A stretch of DNA of 63,939 nucleotides, the filler included. It is 5 parts of 5 records of this genome, joined end to end, with 100 filler letters (N's around TTAATTAATTAA, not from the genome) between each part and the next. Parts side by side here need not be neighbours in the genome. Positions count along the whole stretch, not along the records: positions 42,408 to 57,790 come from SRR33789315_4; positions 57,891 to 61,808 come from SRR33789315_6; 3 more parts are not named here. One strand, written 5' to 3'. The position numbers were made by a program, and so were the translations under genes. The stretch's first letter is position 1; every line of letters starts with the position of its first letter. Under the pieces are notes generated by a model that worked only from the letters and a program-made list of their open reading frames with translations, was not told where the DNA came from and searched no databases. Shown piece by piece: positions 49,648 through 57,891 of this stretch.

Positions 49648-52065
49648 ATGAAGAAATTAGACGCTCTAACATCAGTCAATATTTTGAAAGAGAGAGTAGA
49701 ACTCTGGGCCTCAAAGAACGCTATCGATAATTATATTTTCTTAGAATCTTTTAATCTACCAACGAAAGAGCAACTTAAAAATAGAAAAATTGCATTTTTG
49801 TTTGGCGACTTTATCGCTTGTTTTGCTTATTTAAACGAAAATAAGACACAAGTTGAAAAAGTCTATGTTCTCTGCCGTAAAGCAAAACGCATGATAGATA
49901 ATTGTAAAGAGGGCAAAGATATTGAAGTTGAAGTTATAGACCGTTATGATTTATTTAAGAAAGCAAAAATTGGAAATATTTTTCCGAATTTAATGAATGA
50001 TAAAGTCCGATTGGTTTATGCCGGCCGAATAACTCGCTCCAAAAATATCACAATATTCCTTCGACTTGCTAATCAATTACAAAAGGTGAATCCACATATT
50101 AGCGTTCAAATATTCGGCGAGTATGATGACTTTCTTAATATAGACTTTAACGGCAAAAAAATGGTTTATAGTTACCAGACTGAAGTTGAAAAATGTATAA
50201 ATGAGCTAGAATGGAGTCAACCGCCTTCAATAACACATGAGATTTCAGCGACTCAATGGCCGTTACTTTTAGAAAAACAAGATCTCGTTGTTAATTTATC
50301 AACCTATTGGATGGATGATTTTTCTGTTGCTATTGCCCAGGCGCAGGAAATCGGAATTCCGATTCTTTGTACCGATATTGGCGGTTTAAGTGATGTCAGC
50401 GCAAATAATGTCGTTAAGCTTCCGTCTTTTTTGCTCGATTCTGAATTTGTAAATCCCAGCACAGAAGTAGACTCTATAAAGGCGCAAAATATTCTTGAAT
50501 ACATAAAAGTGAACAAAGACTTAAGCCCAGAAAGTATGCCTCACGAAGCGCTTAGTTATAAACTACCTGAATTTAAAAACTTAAAGCTTAATCAAGCTTT
50601 TGATTTCAAAAACACAGTCGAAGGCAGAGCTTTTTTTAAAAAATATTTTGAAGTTTGGAATCACACCGCACATCCATCAAAGAAAATCCTTTTTTTAGTT
50701 TCAGGTGAGCAAAATCATTGGTTGAGTCTTCAGACTATTTCAGAGCATATTAAACATTTTTGGCTTGCTTATCAGCAAAATGGATATGCTTTGGAAATGG
50801 TCAACGTCGATGAGGCGTTGGATAAGAAATATGTCTCACGTTTAAAGTCTTATGATTTAATTGTGGCGCCATCGTTGAGTTTAAATACGATCAAAGTAAT
50901 GAAATTAATAAGAAATACTTTTGGGCTTAAAACTCCGTTTGTTTCTTATGTTCATGAACTTCCTTCGACTTTCTTTTCGGCACTTAAACTTAGAGGGCTG
51001 ACTGATATCTTTACAAAAGACGATATAATGGTTGTTCAATGTGAATCTGACTTAAAACTGGCGAAACTTTCATTTGAAAATATTAATGTCCAAATGATTC
51101 CTTCGTGTTTTTCTAGTGATAAAGGTATCCAGCCTGAAAAATATAATATTAAAAACTTATTTTACATCGGCAGAATTAGTGAACAAAAAGGTTTGCACTT
51201 TCTTTTTTGGAGTTTGAGCCTAATTAAGCAGAAACTAACTCAAGGAAATATAAAAGTTAATATCTATGGGGTTCATGATCATCTTGGTATGCCTAATTGG
51301 GGTGACGGTGGTGGACTTTATTTGGATTTTCTTGGTGATTTAATTCAAGAGCTAGGATTAGAGGAATTGATTAGCTTTCATGGTTTTAGCTCAAAGCCGA
51401 ATTGGGGCGACTATGTTAAAAGCAAGCAAGGGGCAGGAATTTTTCCAAGTCTCCATAGTGATGAGAATTTTGGTGTTGCTCCATTTGATTTGCTGAATGA
51501 AGGGATTCCAGTTCTATTAACAAAATGGGGTGGGTATCAAGATCTAGCAAATCATTACAATCCTTTGGTGAAAAACAATAATGTTTATCTGTCCTCTAAA
51601 GGTCCGTACATTGACCCCAATGAAATGGCACAAAATATCTTAAACTTTGTTGAAACCGACTTATCAAATATTCCATCGTTTAAACCTAAACTGGATATTA
51701 ATGAATGGGTTAAAAGTGTAAGTTTTAAGACTAACGAAAGTAATAAGCCATTAATCTTTTCTAAGATTTCTAATGAGCTAATGGGTAAGATTAGATTTTC
51801 CTCGAATATTTCCCTTAAAGCTCGTGGCTGGGCACTAAATGGCGTGATGTACTCTGGTCCAAATGATCCAAATTATCTTATTGCTTGTGAAAGTTATGGC
51901 GCAGTTAAAAATAGTAATCTAGTTGAAGAAAGTTATATTATGGCCCCATGGGTGAAAAATACTGAGGATGGATTTGACGTTAGTGATCCGATTAAAGGAC
52001 GTTTTACTGTAAAGGATCTTGATTCACTATTCGAACTTGGTTTAGCTTTTAAAAAACTATTTTAA
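49648..52065 (+). CDS. Glycosyltransferase with two GT4/GT-B donor-binding domains
   Basis: YAGRITRSKN...DDFSVAIAQAQEIGIPILCTDIGG and YIGRISEQKG...ENFGVAPFDLLNEGIPVLLTKWGG. Confidence 0.8.
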   Translation: MKKLDALTSVNILKERVELWASKNAIDNYIFLESFNLPTKEQLKNRKIAFLFGDFIACFAYLNENKTQVEKVYVLCRKAKRMIDNCKEGKDIEVEVIDRYDLFKKAKIGNIFPNLMNDKVRLVYAGRITRSKNITIFLRLANQLQKVNPHISVQIFGEYDDFLNIDFNGKKMVYSYQTEVEKCINELEWSQPPSITHEISATQWPLLLEKQDLVVNLSTYWMDDFSVAIAQAQEIGIPILCTDIGGLSDVSANNVVKLPSFLLDSEFVNPSTEVDSIKAQNILEYIKVNKDLSPESMPHEALSYKLPEFKNLKLNQAFDFKNTVEGRAFFKKYFEVWNHTAHPSKKILFLVSGEQNHWLSLQTISEHIKHFWLAYQQNGYALEMVNVDEALDKKYVSRLKSYDLIVAPSLSLNTIKVMKLIRNTFGLKTPFVSYVHELPSTFFSALKLRGLTDIFTKDDIMVVQCESDLKLAKLSFENINVQMIPSCFSSDKGIQPEKYNIKNLFYIGRISEQKGLHFLFWSLSLIKQKLTQGNIKVNIYGVHDHLGMPNWGDGGGLYLDFLGDLIQELGLEELISFHGFSSKPNWGDYVKSKQGAGIFPSLHSDENFGVAPFDLLNEGIPVLLTKWGGYQDLANHYNPLVKNNNVYLSSKGPYIDPNEMAQNILNFVETDLSNIPSFKPKLDINEWVKSVSFKTNESNKPLIFSKISNELMGKIRFSSNISLKARGWALNGVMYSGPNDPNYLIACESYGAVKNSNLVEESYIMAPWVKNTEDGFDVSDPIKGRFTVKDLDSLFELGLAFKKLF

Positions 52066-53052
52066 AAACTCAAGCCCTTCTGGATGAACGTCTCTTCTCC
52101 ATAAAAAAGAATCAATCGTAAAATGAGTTAGTACAATTGTTAACAATAGCGATCTAATGATTATATTACCGTTTGCAAAGTTCCTGACTTCTACCTCGGT
52201 ATAACTTAACAGCATTGTACAGATAATTAGAAAAGGTAGCATAAGTTTTGGGGAAGATAGTAAAGCGATGAAACGTTCGCCTTTTCCAGTTCTACTGGCG
52301 ACATACTTTTTCCCAAGGAAAAGGTAGGGGGTTGAGTGGCCAAAGACTAAGAGTAATAGACCGAATACTGCAGCTTTTGGAAAAGGCTCAAGACGATAAA
52401 TAATCCAAATAAGAGCACCATTGATCAGATGAAAGTGCTTTCCCCAGTTAACCTTCTTTTCCTTAGAGTATTCTAGTATTTCCTTAATAAGATAAGAGAT
52501 TATTGATACACCTGCGATAACCCATACTGGATATTTGAGATAGTTAGGTAGGACAATAAGATCAGCATCTGTGCGCCATCCACTTTTACCAATACCTTCC
52601 ATCATCGAAAGTAGTGCGGGACCTGCAATAAAACTATAAATGGTAATTTTATCGATCAGACGAGAAAGTGATGACCTTTGTTGTCTTGCAGCTGAAATAA
52701 AGAACCAGGCTGTTTGCTGTTTAATAAAATGAAAAATTGAGTAATGAGCAAGTAGCATGCTCACATAAATAGGTTTTCCAAATTCGTACATAGATAAAAG
52801 AATACAAAAAATAGTTATCGGTATAAGGGCTAGTAGGATTTTGAATTTCTTTGAAAACCTATCCGATCCGTAGGTATAAAAATATGTCGTATAGACATGG
52901 GGTTGATCGTGAAGAACATACATCCAGAAATAATCCCCAAAATCATTAATGAAAAATCCTATAGTGATAGCAATTAATGTAGAGCCACCAAAGATGAGAA
53001 GATCATCTTTCTTTCCAAAGACCCATCTTTTATCAACTGCACTACTGTTCAT
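52057..53052 (-). CDS. Multi-pass membrane protein with conserved His motifs (paralog 2)
   Basis: DQPHVYTTY, FHFIKQQ, FGHS.PY, HFTIDSFLW. Confidence 0.75.
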   Translation of the reverse strand: MNSSAVDKRWVFGKKDDLLIFGGSTLIAITIGFFINDFGDYFWMYVLHDQPHVYTTYFYTYGSDRFSKKFKILLALIPITIFCILLSMYEFGKPIYVSMLLAHYSIFHFIKQQTAWFFISAARQQRSSLSRLIDKITIYSFIAGPALLSMMEGIGKSGWRTDADLIVLPNYLKYPVWVIAGVSIISYLIKEILEYSKEKKVNWGKHFHLINGALIWIIYRLEPFPKAAVFGLLLLVFGHSTPYLFLGKKYVASRTGKGERFIALLSSPKLMLPFLIICTMLLSYTEVEVRNFANGNIIIRSLLLTIVLTHFTIDSFLWRRDVHPEGLEFLK

Positions 53053-54073
53053 TGATAATCTTCTTTCTTAAAAACTCTAGACCTTCTTTATGAGTGTCGG
53101 TTTTCCACATAAAGGTATCAATCAGAAAATGGCTGAATATAATTCCAAGCCAAATACTAGGAACAATTCCATCGGCGTAAAATGCTTTTTCACTTATAAC
53201 TTCTATATAGCTAATAAGAATACCTAGCATGACAACGATAATTGCCATGAGTTTAAGGTTCTTAATCCCTGGCCAAAAATTTTCTTTTTCTTTTCGGCTC
53301 TCATAATATCTAAGACCAAGGTAGATATAAGGAAAGGAGTGACCGAAAACAACTAAGAGTTGTCCAGCCATTGATAAGCTTCCTACCGTTGCAAATCGAT
53401 AGATTCCCCAAATAATGAGAGCATTAAGTAGATGAAAGTTTTTACCCCAAGTAATAACTTTGAACTTATTAAATTTATAAATCTGAATAGCAATATAGAA
53501 TAGCCATGAAACAATCATCAGAACAAAAATGGGAGTTTTAAAGGCGAGAGGAACTTGTATAAGGTCTCCTGCTGAGCGCCAACCACTTCTACCAAAAGAG
53601 TCAGTCATGGATATAAGCAAAGGCCCAGCAACACTTAATTGTACAACCGCTTTATCAACATAGTTTTCAAGCTTTCTATTTTGAATAAGAACCTTTTCTT
53701 TACCTTTAGTAATGTAAAACCAAGCTGATTGTTGTTTGGCAAAGTGAAAAGCTGAGAAATTGCTTAAAACAGCATAAGCGAAATCATCTCCTAGATTGAC
53801 AAACATAAGGTAGGAAAGAGTGAAGCAAATAATCGGTAAGGCAATGAGAGGGATTCTAAACTGTTTATTAAACCGATCAGATGTATAGGTGTAGAAGTAT
53901 GTTGTAAAAACATGGGGTTGATCAAAGAGAATAAACATCCAAAAATAGCTGGTGAAATCTTTTATAAATAACGAGGCTAGTAAAGCGATGGCAGTAGAAC
54001 CTGCAAATAACCATAGGTCTTCTTTGATACTAAAAACCCATTGAGATTGAGTTGGCTTCAGCTGCTTAATCAT
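53042..54073 (-). CDS. Multi-pass membrane protein with conserved His motifs (paralog 1)
   Basis: DQPHVFTTY, FHFAKQQ, FGHS.PY, HFLIDTFMW. Confidence 0.75.
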   Translation of the reverse strand: MIKQLKPTQSQWVFSIKEDLWLFAGSTAIALLASLFIKDFTSYFWMFILFDQPHVFTTYFYTYTSDRFNKQFRIPLIALPIICFTLSYLMFVNLGDDFAYAVLSNFSAFHFAKQQSAWFYITKGKEKVLIQNRKLENYVDKAVVQLSVAGPLLISMTDSFGRSGWRSAGDLIQVPLAFKTPIFVLMIVSWLFYIAIQIYKFNKFKVITWGKNFHLLNALIIWGIYRFATVGSLSMAGQLLVVFGHSFPYIYLGLRYYESRKEKENFWPGIKNLKLMAIIVVMLGILISYIEVISEKAFYADGIVPSIWLGIIFSHFLIDTFMWKTDTHKEGLEFLRKKIINEQ

Positions 54074-54590
54074 TTTTAATCACGGGTAATAAAATCTGCG
54101 TTCTTAATTTGTCTTGAGACACTTCCATTGGAGAGTTTAAATAGAGCTCATATGGTATTCCATCAGGTACAAGATGATTTTCTTCGACCCATTGATTGAG
54201 CTCAACATATCCATTTTTTATTTTAGAATAGCTTCCATGGATATTATTAATCGCTACATTTTGGTCATTAAGTTCAATGAGCTTAAATTCTGGATTTGAT
54301 GTTTTTGTGTACTTTGACGCTTGAAATCCTGCTTGAAAAACAGTTTTATTTTCATTCTGCTCAATGACTCTAAAAAAACCAATAGCTCCCTTACTAATTT
54401 TTAAGTCATCTATCTCTTTAAAAGCATCACTAATGTTCTTAATAGTGAAAGAATTTACTTGATACTCTTTAACTAAAAAATAGTGATACTTTGGTGGTTT
54501 TAATTCGAATTGTTGATCTTCTAAAAGTGTCGCTAGAATAAACCCAATAAAGATAATGAATGTTCCTGTGACAATGAGCTTATTTTTCAT
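54066..54590 (-). CDS. GyrI-like small-molecule-binding protein with N-terminal TM anchor
   Basis: HGSY..I...Y..L..W, PYELYLNSP......LRTQI.LPV. Confidence 0.85.
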   Translation of the reverse strand: MKNKLIVTGTFIIFIGFILATLLEDQQFELKPPKYHYFLVKEYQVNSFTIKNISDAFKEIDDLKISKGAIGFFRVIEQNENKTVFQAGFQASKYTKTSNPEFKLIELNDQNVAINNIHGSYSKIKNGYVELNQWVEENHLVPDGIPYELYLNSPMEVSQDKLRTQILLPVIKND

Positions 54591-54606
54591 TCTATTAGCA
54601 TAAATT

Positions 54607-54631
54607 AAAAAGCCCTTGTTTCAAGGGCTTT
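54607..54631 (-). terminator. Terminator after bfr
   Basis: AAAGCCCTTG-TTT-CAAGGGCTTT; U-tract on the minus strand. Confidence 0.75.
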
Positions 54632-54657
54632 AAATAAAAAAACATTTTTAGTCGGGC

Positions 54658-55134
54658 TTATTCCTTCATAACGATTTGAGACTGCATATAATTTTGAAGA
54701 CCAACTTTAGAAATAAGCTCTTGTTGAGTCTCTAACCAGTCAATATGCTCTTCTTCGCTTGCTAGAATGGACTCAAAAAGATCGCGAGAGACATAATCAC
54801 GTTCTTCCTCGCAAACCTTAATACAATCTTTTAAAAGAGGGATGGCAATATATTCAACTTTAAGATCAGCTGCAATGACCTCTTCAAGAGTTTGACCAAT
54901 ATCAAGCTTGTCTAGCTTTTGAAGATTAGGAAGTCCTTCCAAGAATAAAATACGCTTGATCAATTCATCAGCATGTTTCATTTCATCAATAGAGGCTTTA
55001 TATTCAAGCACACCAAGTTTTTCTAGTCCCCAGTTTTGTAGCATTCTGGCGTGAAGAAAATACTGGTTGATAGCAGTCAATTCTCTAGTAAGAACTGAAT
55101 TAAGGGCATCGATAACTTTTTGTGAACCTTTCAT
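54658..55134 (-). CDS. bfr: Bacterioferritin
   Basis: MKG, ELTAINQYFLHARM, IDEMKHAD, RILFLEGLPN, EEEHIDWLE. Confidence 0.97.
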   Translation of the reverse strand: MKGSQKVIDALNSVLTRELTAINQYFLHARMLQNWGLEKLGVLEYKASIDEMKHADELIKRILFLEGLPNLQKLDKLDIGQTLEEVIAADLKVEYIAIPLLKDCIKVCEEERDYVSRDLFESILASEEEHIDWLETQQELISKVGLQNYMQSQIVMKE

Positions 55135-55227
55135 AGAACGAACTCCAATAATGAATAATGGCAGTAGTTTACACTGAAGAATGAGTCGTCACAATCAGAG
55201 TATTGTTTGATTTAGGGAACGTTGGTT

Positions 55228-55428
55228 TTAAGACTTAGACGGATTTGAATTATTAGTCTTAGGAGACTGATCAATTGATGAACTTAGCCTGTCGATAGCG
55301 TCCATAACGCATATACCACAGCCACTTCCAACACCTAAGTGTGAAAGTGCGTCCTTACCTGTCAGGCCCTTAGAGACGACATTCTTGACTTGATCTTCAG
55401 TAATGTTGTTGCAAATACAGACGTACAT
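55228..55428 (-). CDS. bfd: Bacterioferritin-associated ferredoxin
   Basis: MYVCICN...GCGIC; upstream of bfr. Confidence 0.9.
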   Translation of the reverse strand: MYVCICNNITEDQVKNVVSKGLTGKDALSHLGVGSGCGICVMDAIDRLSSSIDQSPKTNNSNPSKS

Positions 55429-55688
55429 AAACCCTCTGGATGAATTATACACTAACTGTTCGGCTGATCAAACTTTTTCTTGAGTGTGCTATCAAATATT
55501 TATACTGCTATACAAAATCCTTAGAAAACAATGGTTTGGAACGATGCGCAGGTTTACTTCGTCTTATTAAAACTGCGATTAAATTACGGGTTCCAGCTCG
55601 AAATGGCTCTTTCTTGAGCTAGTCGGATGATCATGATTTAAGTAACATGGGGGTGTTTTTTAGTCTTATATAATGTTGCGGAGCCCTA

Positions 55689-56954
55689 ATGCTAGACCTA
55701 AAGTTTATTCGTGAAAATCCTGAAGCAGTTAAAAAAGCAATCGTACAAAAGAAAGTAGGATTAGATCTTGATGAATTACTTAAGCAAGACCAAGTCGTTC
55801 TCAAACTCAAGCAACAGGCGCAAGAGCTGCAAGAAAAGAGAAATGCTCATTCTAAAAAAATCCCAAAAGCAACAAATGAAGAAAGACCCGCTCTCATTGA
55901 AGAGGGACGTAAAATTGGTTCAGATCTAGATGCTATGAAGCCAATGCTTAATGAGGAAGAAGAAAAATTAAAACAACTCCTCTATTTAGTACCAATGATT
56001 CCGTCTCCTGAAGCACCAATTGGTAAAGATGACTCAGAAAACGTTGAAGTTAAAAAAGCTGGAAAACTACCAGAATTTTCATATAAGCCATTAGATCACG
56101 TCGAGCTTCTTGATAAAAATAATTGGGCCGAGTTTGAAAAAGTTGCAACAGTATGTGGTTCTCGCTCGTATAGTCTTCGAAATGAAATGGTTCTACTTGA
56201 AATGGCCGTCCATCGTATGGCACTCGATATTTTACAGAAGAAAGGATTTACGCTGGCAAGTTTTCCTGCCATGGTTCGTGAACATGCGCTTTATGGTTCA
56301 GGACATTTTCCTGCTGGTCGCGATCAAGTCTATTACCTTCCTGAGCAAGATCTTTATTTATCTGGAACGGCAGAAGTTCAGGCAAATTCACTTCATACAG
56401 GTGAAATGCTAGATGAAAAACAGTTGCCAATTCTATATGCCGGCTACTCACCATGCTTTAGAAGTGAAGCCGGAAGTTACGGTAAGGATGTGCGTGGTTT
56501 GATTCGCGTTCATCAATTCATGAAAGTCGAGCAATATATTCTTTGTAAGAATGACGAAGAAGAATCAAAAAAATGGCATAAAAAACTTTTAGAAACTTCA
56601 GAAGAAATAGTAAACGCCTTAGAGCTTCCATACCGTATTGTTGAAGTTTGCACCGGTGATATGGGAGCTGGTAAGGTTCGTATGTACGACGTTGAATGTT
56701 GGGTTCCTTCTGAAGAGAAGTACCGTGAAACACATTCATGTTCATCACTTCATGACTGGCAAGCCCGTAGAAGTAATCTTCGTTATAGAAATAATGAAGG
56801 TAAAGTTGAATATGTTCATACATTGAATAATACGGCCGTTGCTACGCCTAGAATCTTGGTAAGTTTAATAGAGTGTCATCAAAACGAAGACGGATCTGTA
56901 ACTATACCTAAAGCTCTTCAGCCTTATATGGGCGGAGTTTCAAAGATAGGCTAG
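55689..56954 (+). CDS. serS: Serine--tRNA ligase
   Basis: MLDLKFIREN, GTAE, FRSEAG, RVHQF, YRETHSCS, HTLN. Confidence 0.97.
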   Translation: MLDLKFIRENPEAVKKAIVQKKVGLDLDELLKQDQVVLKLKQQAQELQEKRNAHSKKIPKATNEERPALIEEGRKIGSDLDAMKPMLNEEEEKLKQLLYLVPMIPSPEAPIGKDDSENVEVKKAGKLPEFSYKPLDHVELLDKNNWAEFEKVATVCGSRSYSLRNEMVLLEMAVHRMALDILQKKGFTLASFPAMVREHALYGSGHFPAGRDQVYYLPEQDLYLSGTAEVQANSLHTGEMLDEKQLPILYAGYSPCFRSEAGSYGKDVRGLIRVHQFMKVEQYILCKNDEEESKKWHKKLLETSEEIVNALELPYRIVEVCTGDMGAGKVRMYDVECWVPSEEKYRETHSCSSLHDWQARRSNLRYRNNEGKVEYVHTLNNTAVATPRILVSLIECHQNEDGSVTIPKALQPYMGGVSKIG

Positions 56955-57058
56955 GAGAGCTATTTCAAACTCTTAGGCATATGATAATTTTTACAATTCC
57001 CTTCTAGGGCTGTTTTTGGCCTGCTAAAACTCCTTATTATCTAAAAACTGGAGTTTTT

Positions 57059-57766
57059 ATGAATCTACTAAGATCTTGTATTGCGAGTACGCTCATTTTG
57101 GTTTTGAGTACGACTAGTTATGCCGCTACGATTGAATTAACTAAATCAAAGGCAGTTGTTACTAAAGAGAATGCGACGAAAGAAGTTCTTCGTGGTTTAG
57201 ATAAAGCCATTAAAAAAGAGCAAAAAAATCCAACGTCTATTGAAGAGTTGAAGATTAAAGCCGCGAAAAAAGTAACGAAAAATTTCGATAAAAGAAAAGA
57301 ACTTTTAGAAGATATTTTTAAGCATGATGATCAAGACAAGCGCTTAAAAGTTTTAGATAAAAAACTTAAGAAGCTTGTTAAGCTCGATCCAACTTTAGCA
57401 GATATGAATACTGAAGCGGATAAGATCGAAATGTTAATTTCACTTGAAAGAAAACTTGAAGGAATTGACAGCGAAATGAATGCTCAAATTCAAGCAGTCA
57501 ATGATGAACTCTCTATGTTTGAATCTACTGAAGCCTATCTTGTAGATTTAAAGTCAAAAGTTCAAAATGACACTTTAGCTTCAAGCATGAATAAATCAGG
57601 TCGTAATGTTGCCAATATTGATCAGTATGATGTTTACGTCGCTCTATATGTTTTAACAGCATTGTTATTCATTGGTTTAATTTATTATTTGGTTGTTTCA
57701 GCAACTGTAGCCATCTGGGCATTTTCACCAGCACTAGCAATTATTTTCTTACTCATTATGCTTTAA
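57059..57766 (+). CDS. Hypothetical exported coiled-coil protein with hydrophobic C-terminus
   Basis: Signal peptide (SYA|A), K/E-rich helical body, GRNVAN, then two TM-like segments. Confidence 0.7.
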   Translation: MNLLRSCIASTLILVLSTTSYAATIELTKSKAVVTKENATKEVLRGLDKAIKKEQKNPTSIEELKIKAAKKVTKNFDKRKELLEDIFKHDDQDKRLKVLDKKLKKLVKLDPTLADMNTEADKIEMLISLERKLEGIDSEMNAQIQAVNDELSMFESTEAYLVDLKSKVQNDTLASSMNKSGRNVANIDQYDVYVALYVLTALLFIGLIYYLVVSATVAIWAFSPALAIIFLLIML

Positions 57767-57790
57767 AAAATATGGGGTCCAAACGGGCCC

Positions 57791-57890
57791 NNNNNNNNNN
57801 NNNNNNNNNNNNNNNNNNNNNNNNNNNNNNNNNNTTAATTAATTAANNNNNNNNNNNNNNNNNNNNNNNNNNNNNNNNNNNNNNNNNNNN
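57791..57890. other. Artificial contig linker
   Basis: N44-TTAATTAATTAA-N44. Confidence 0.99.
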
Positions 57891-57891
57891 G

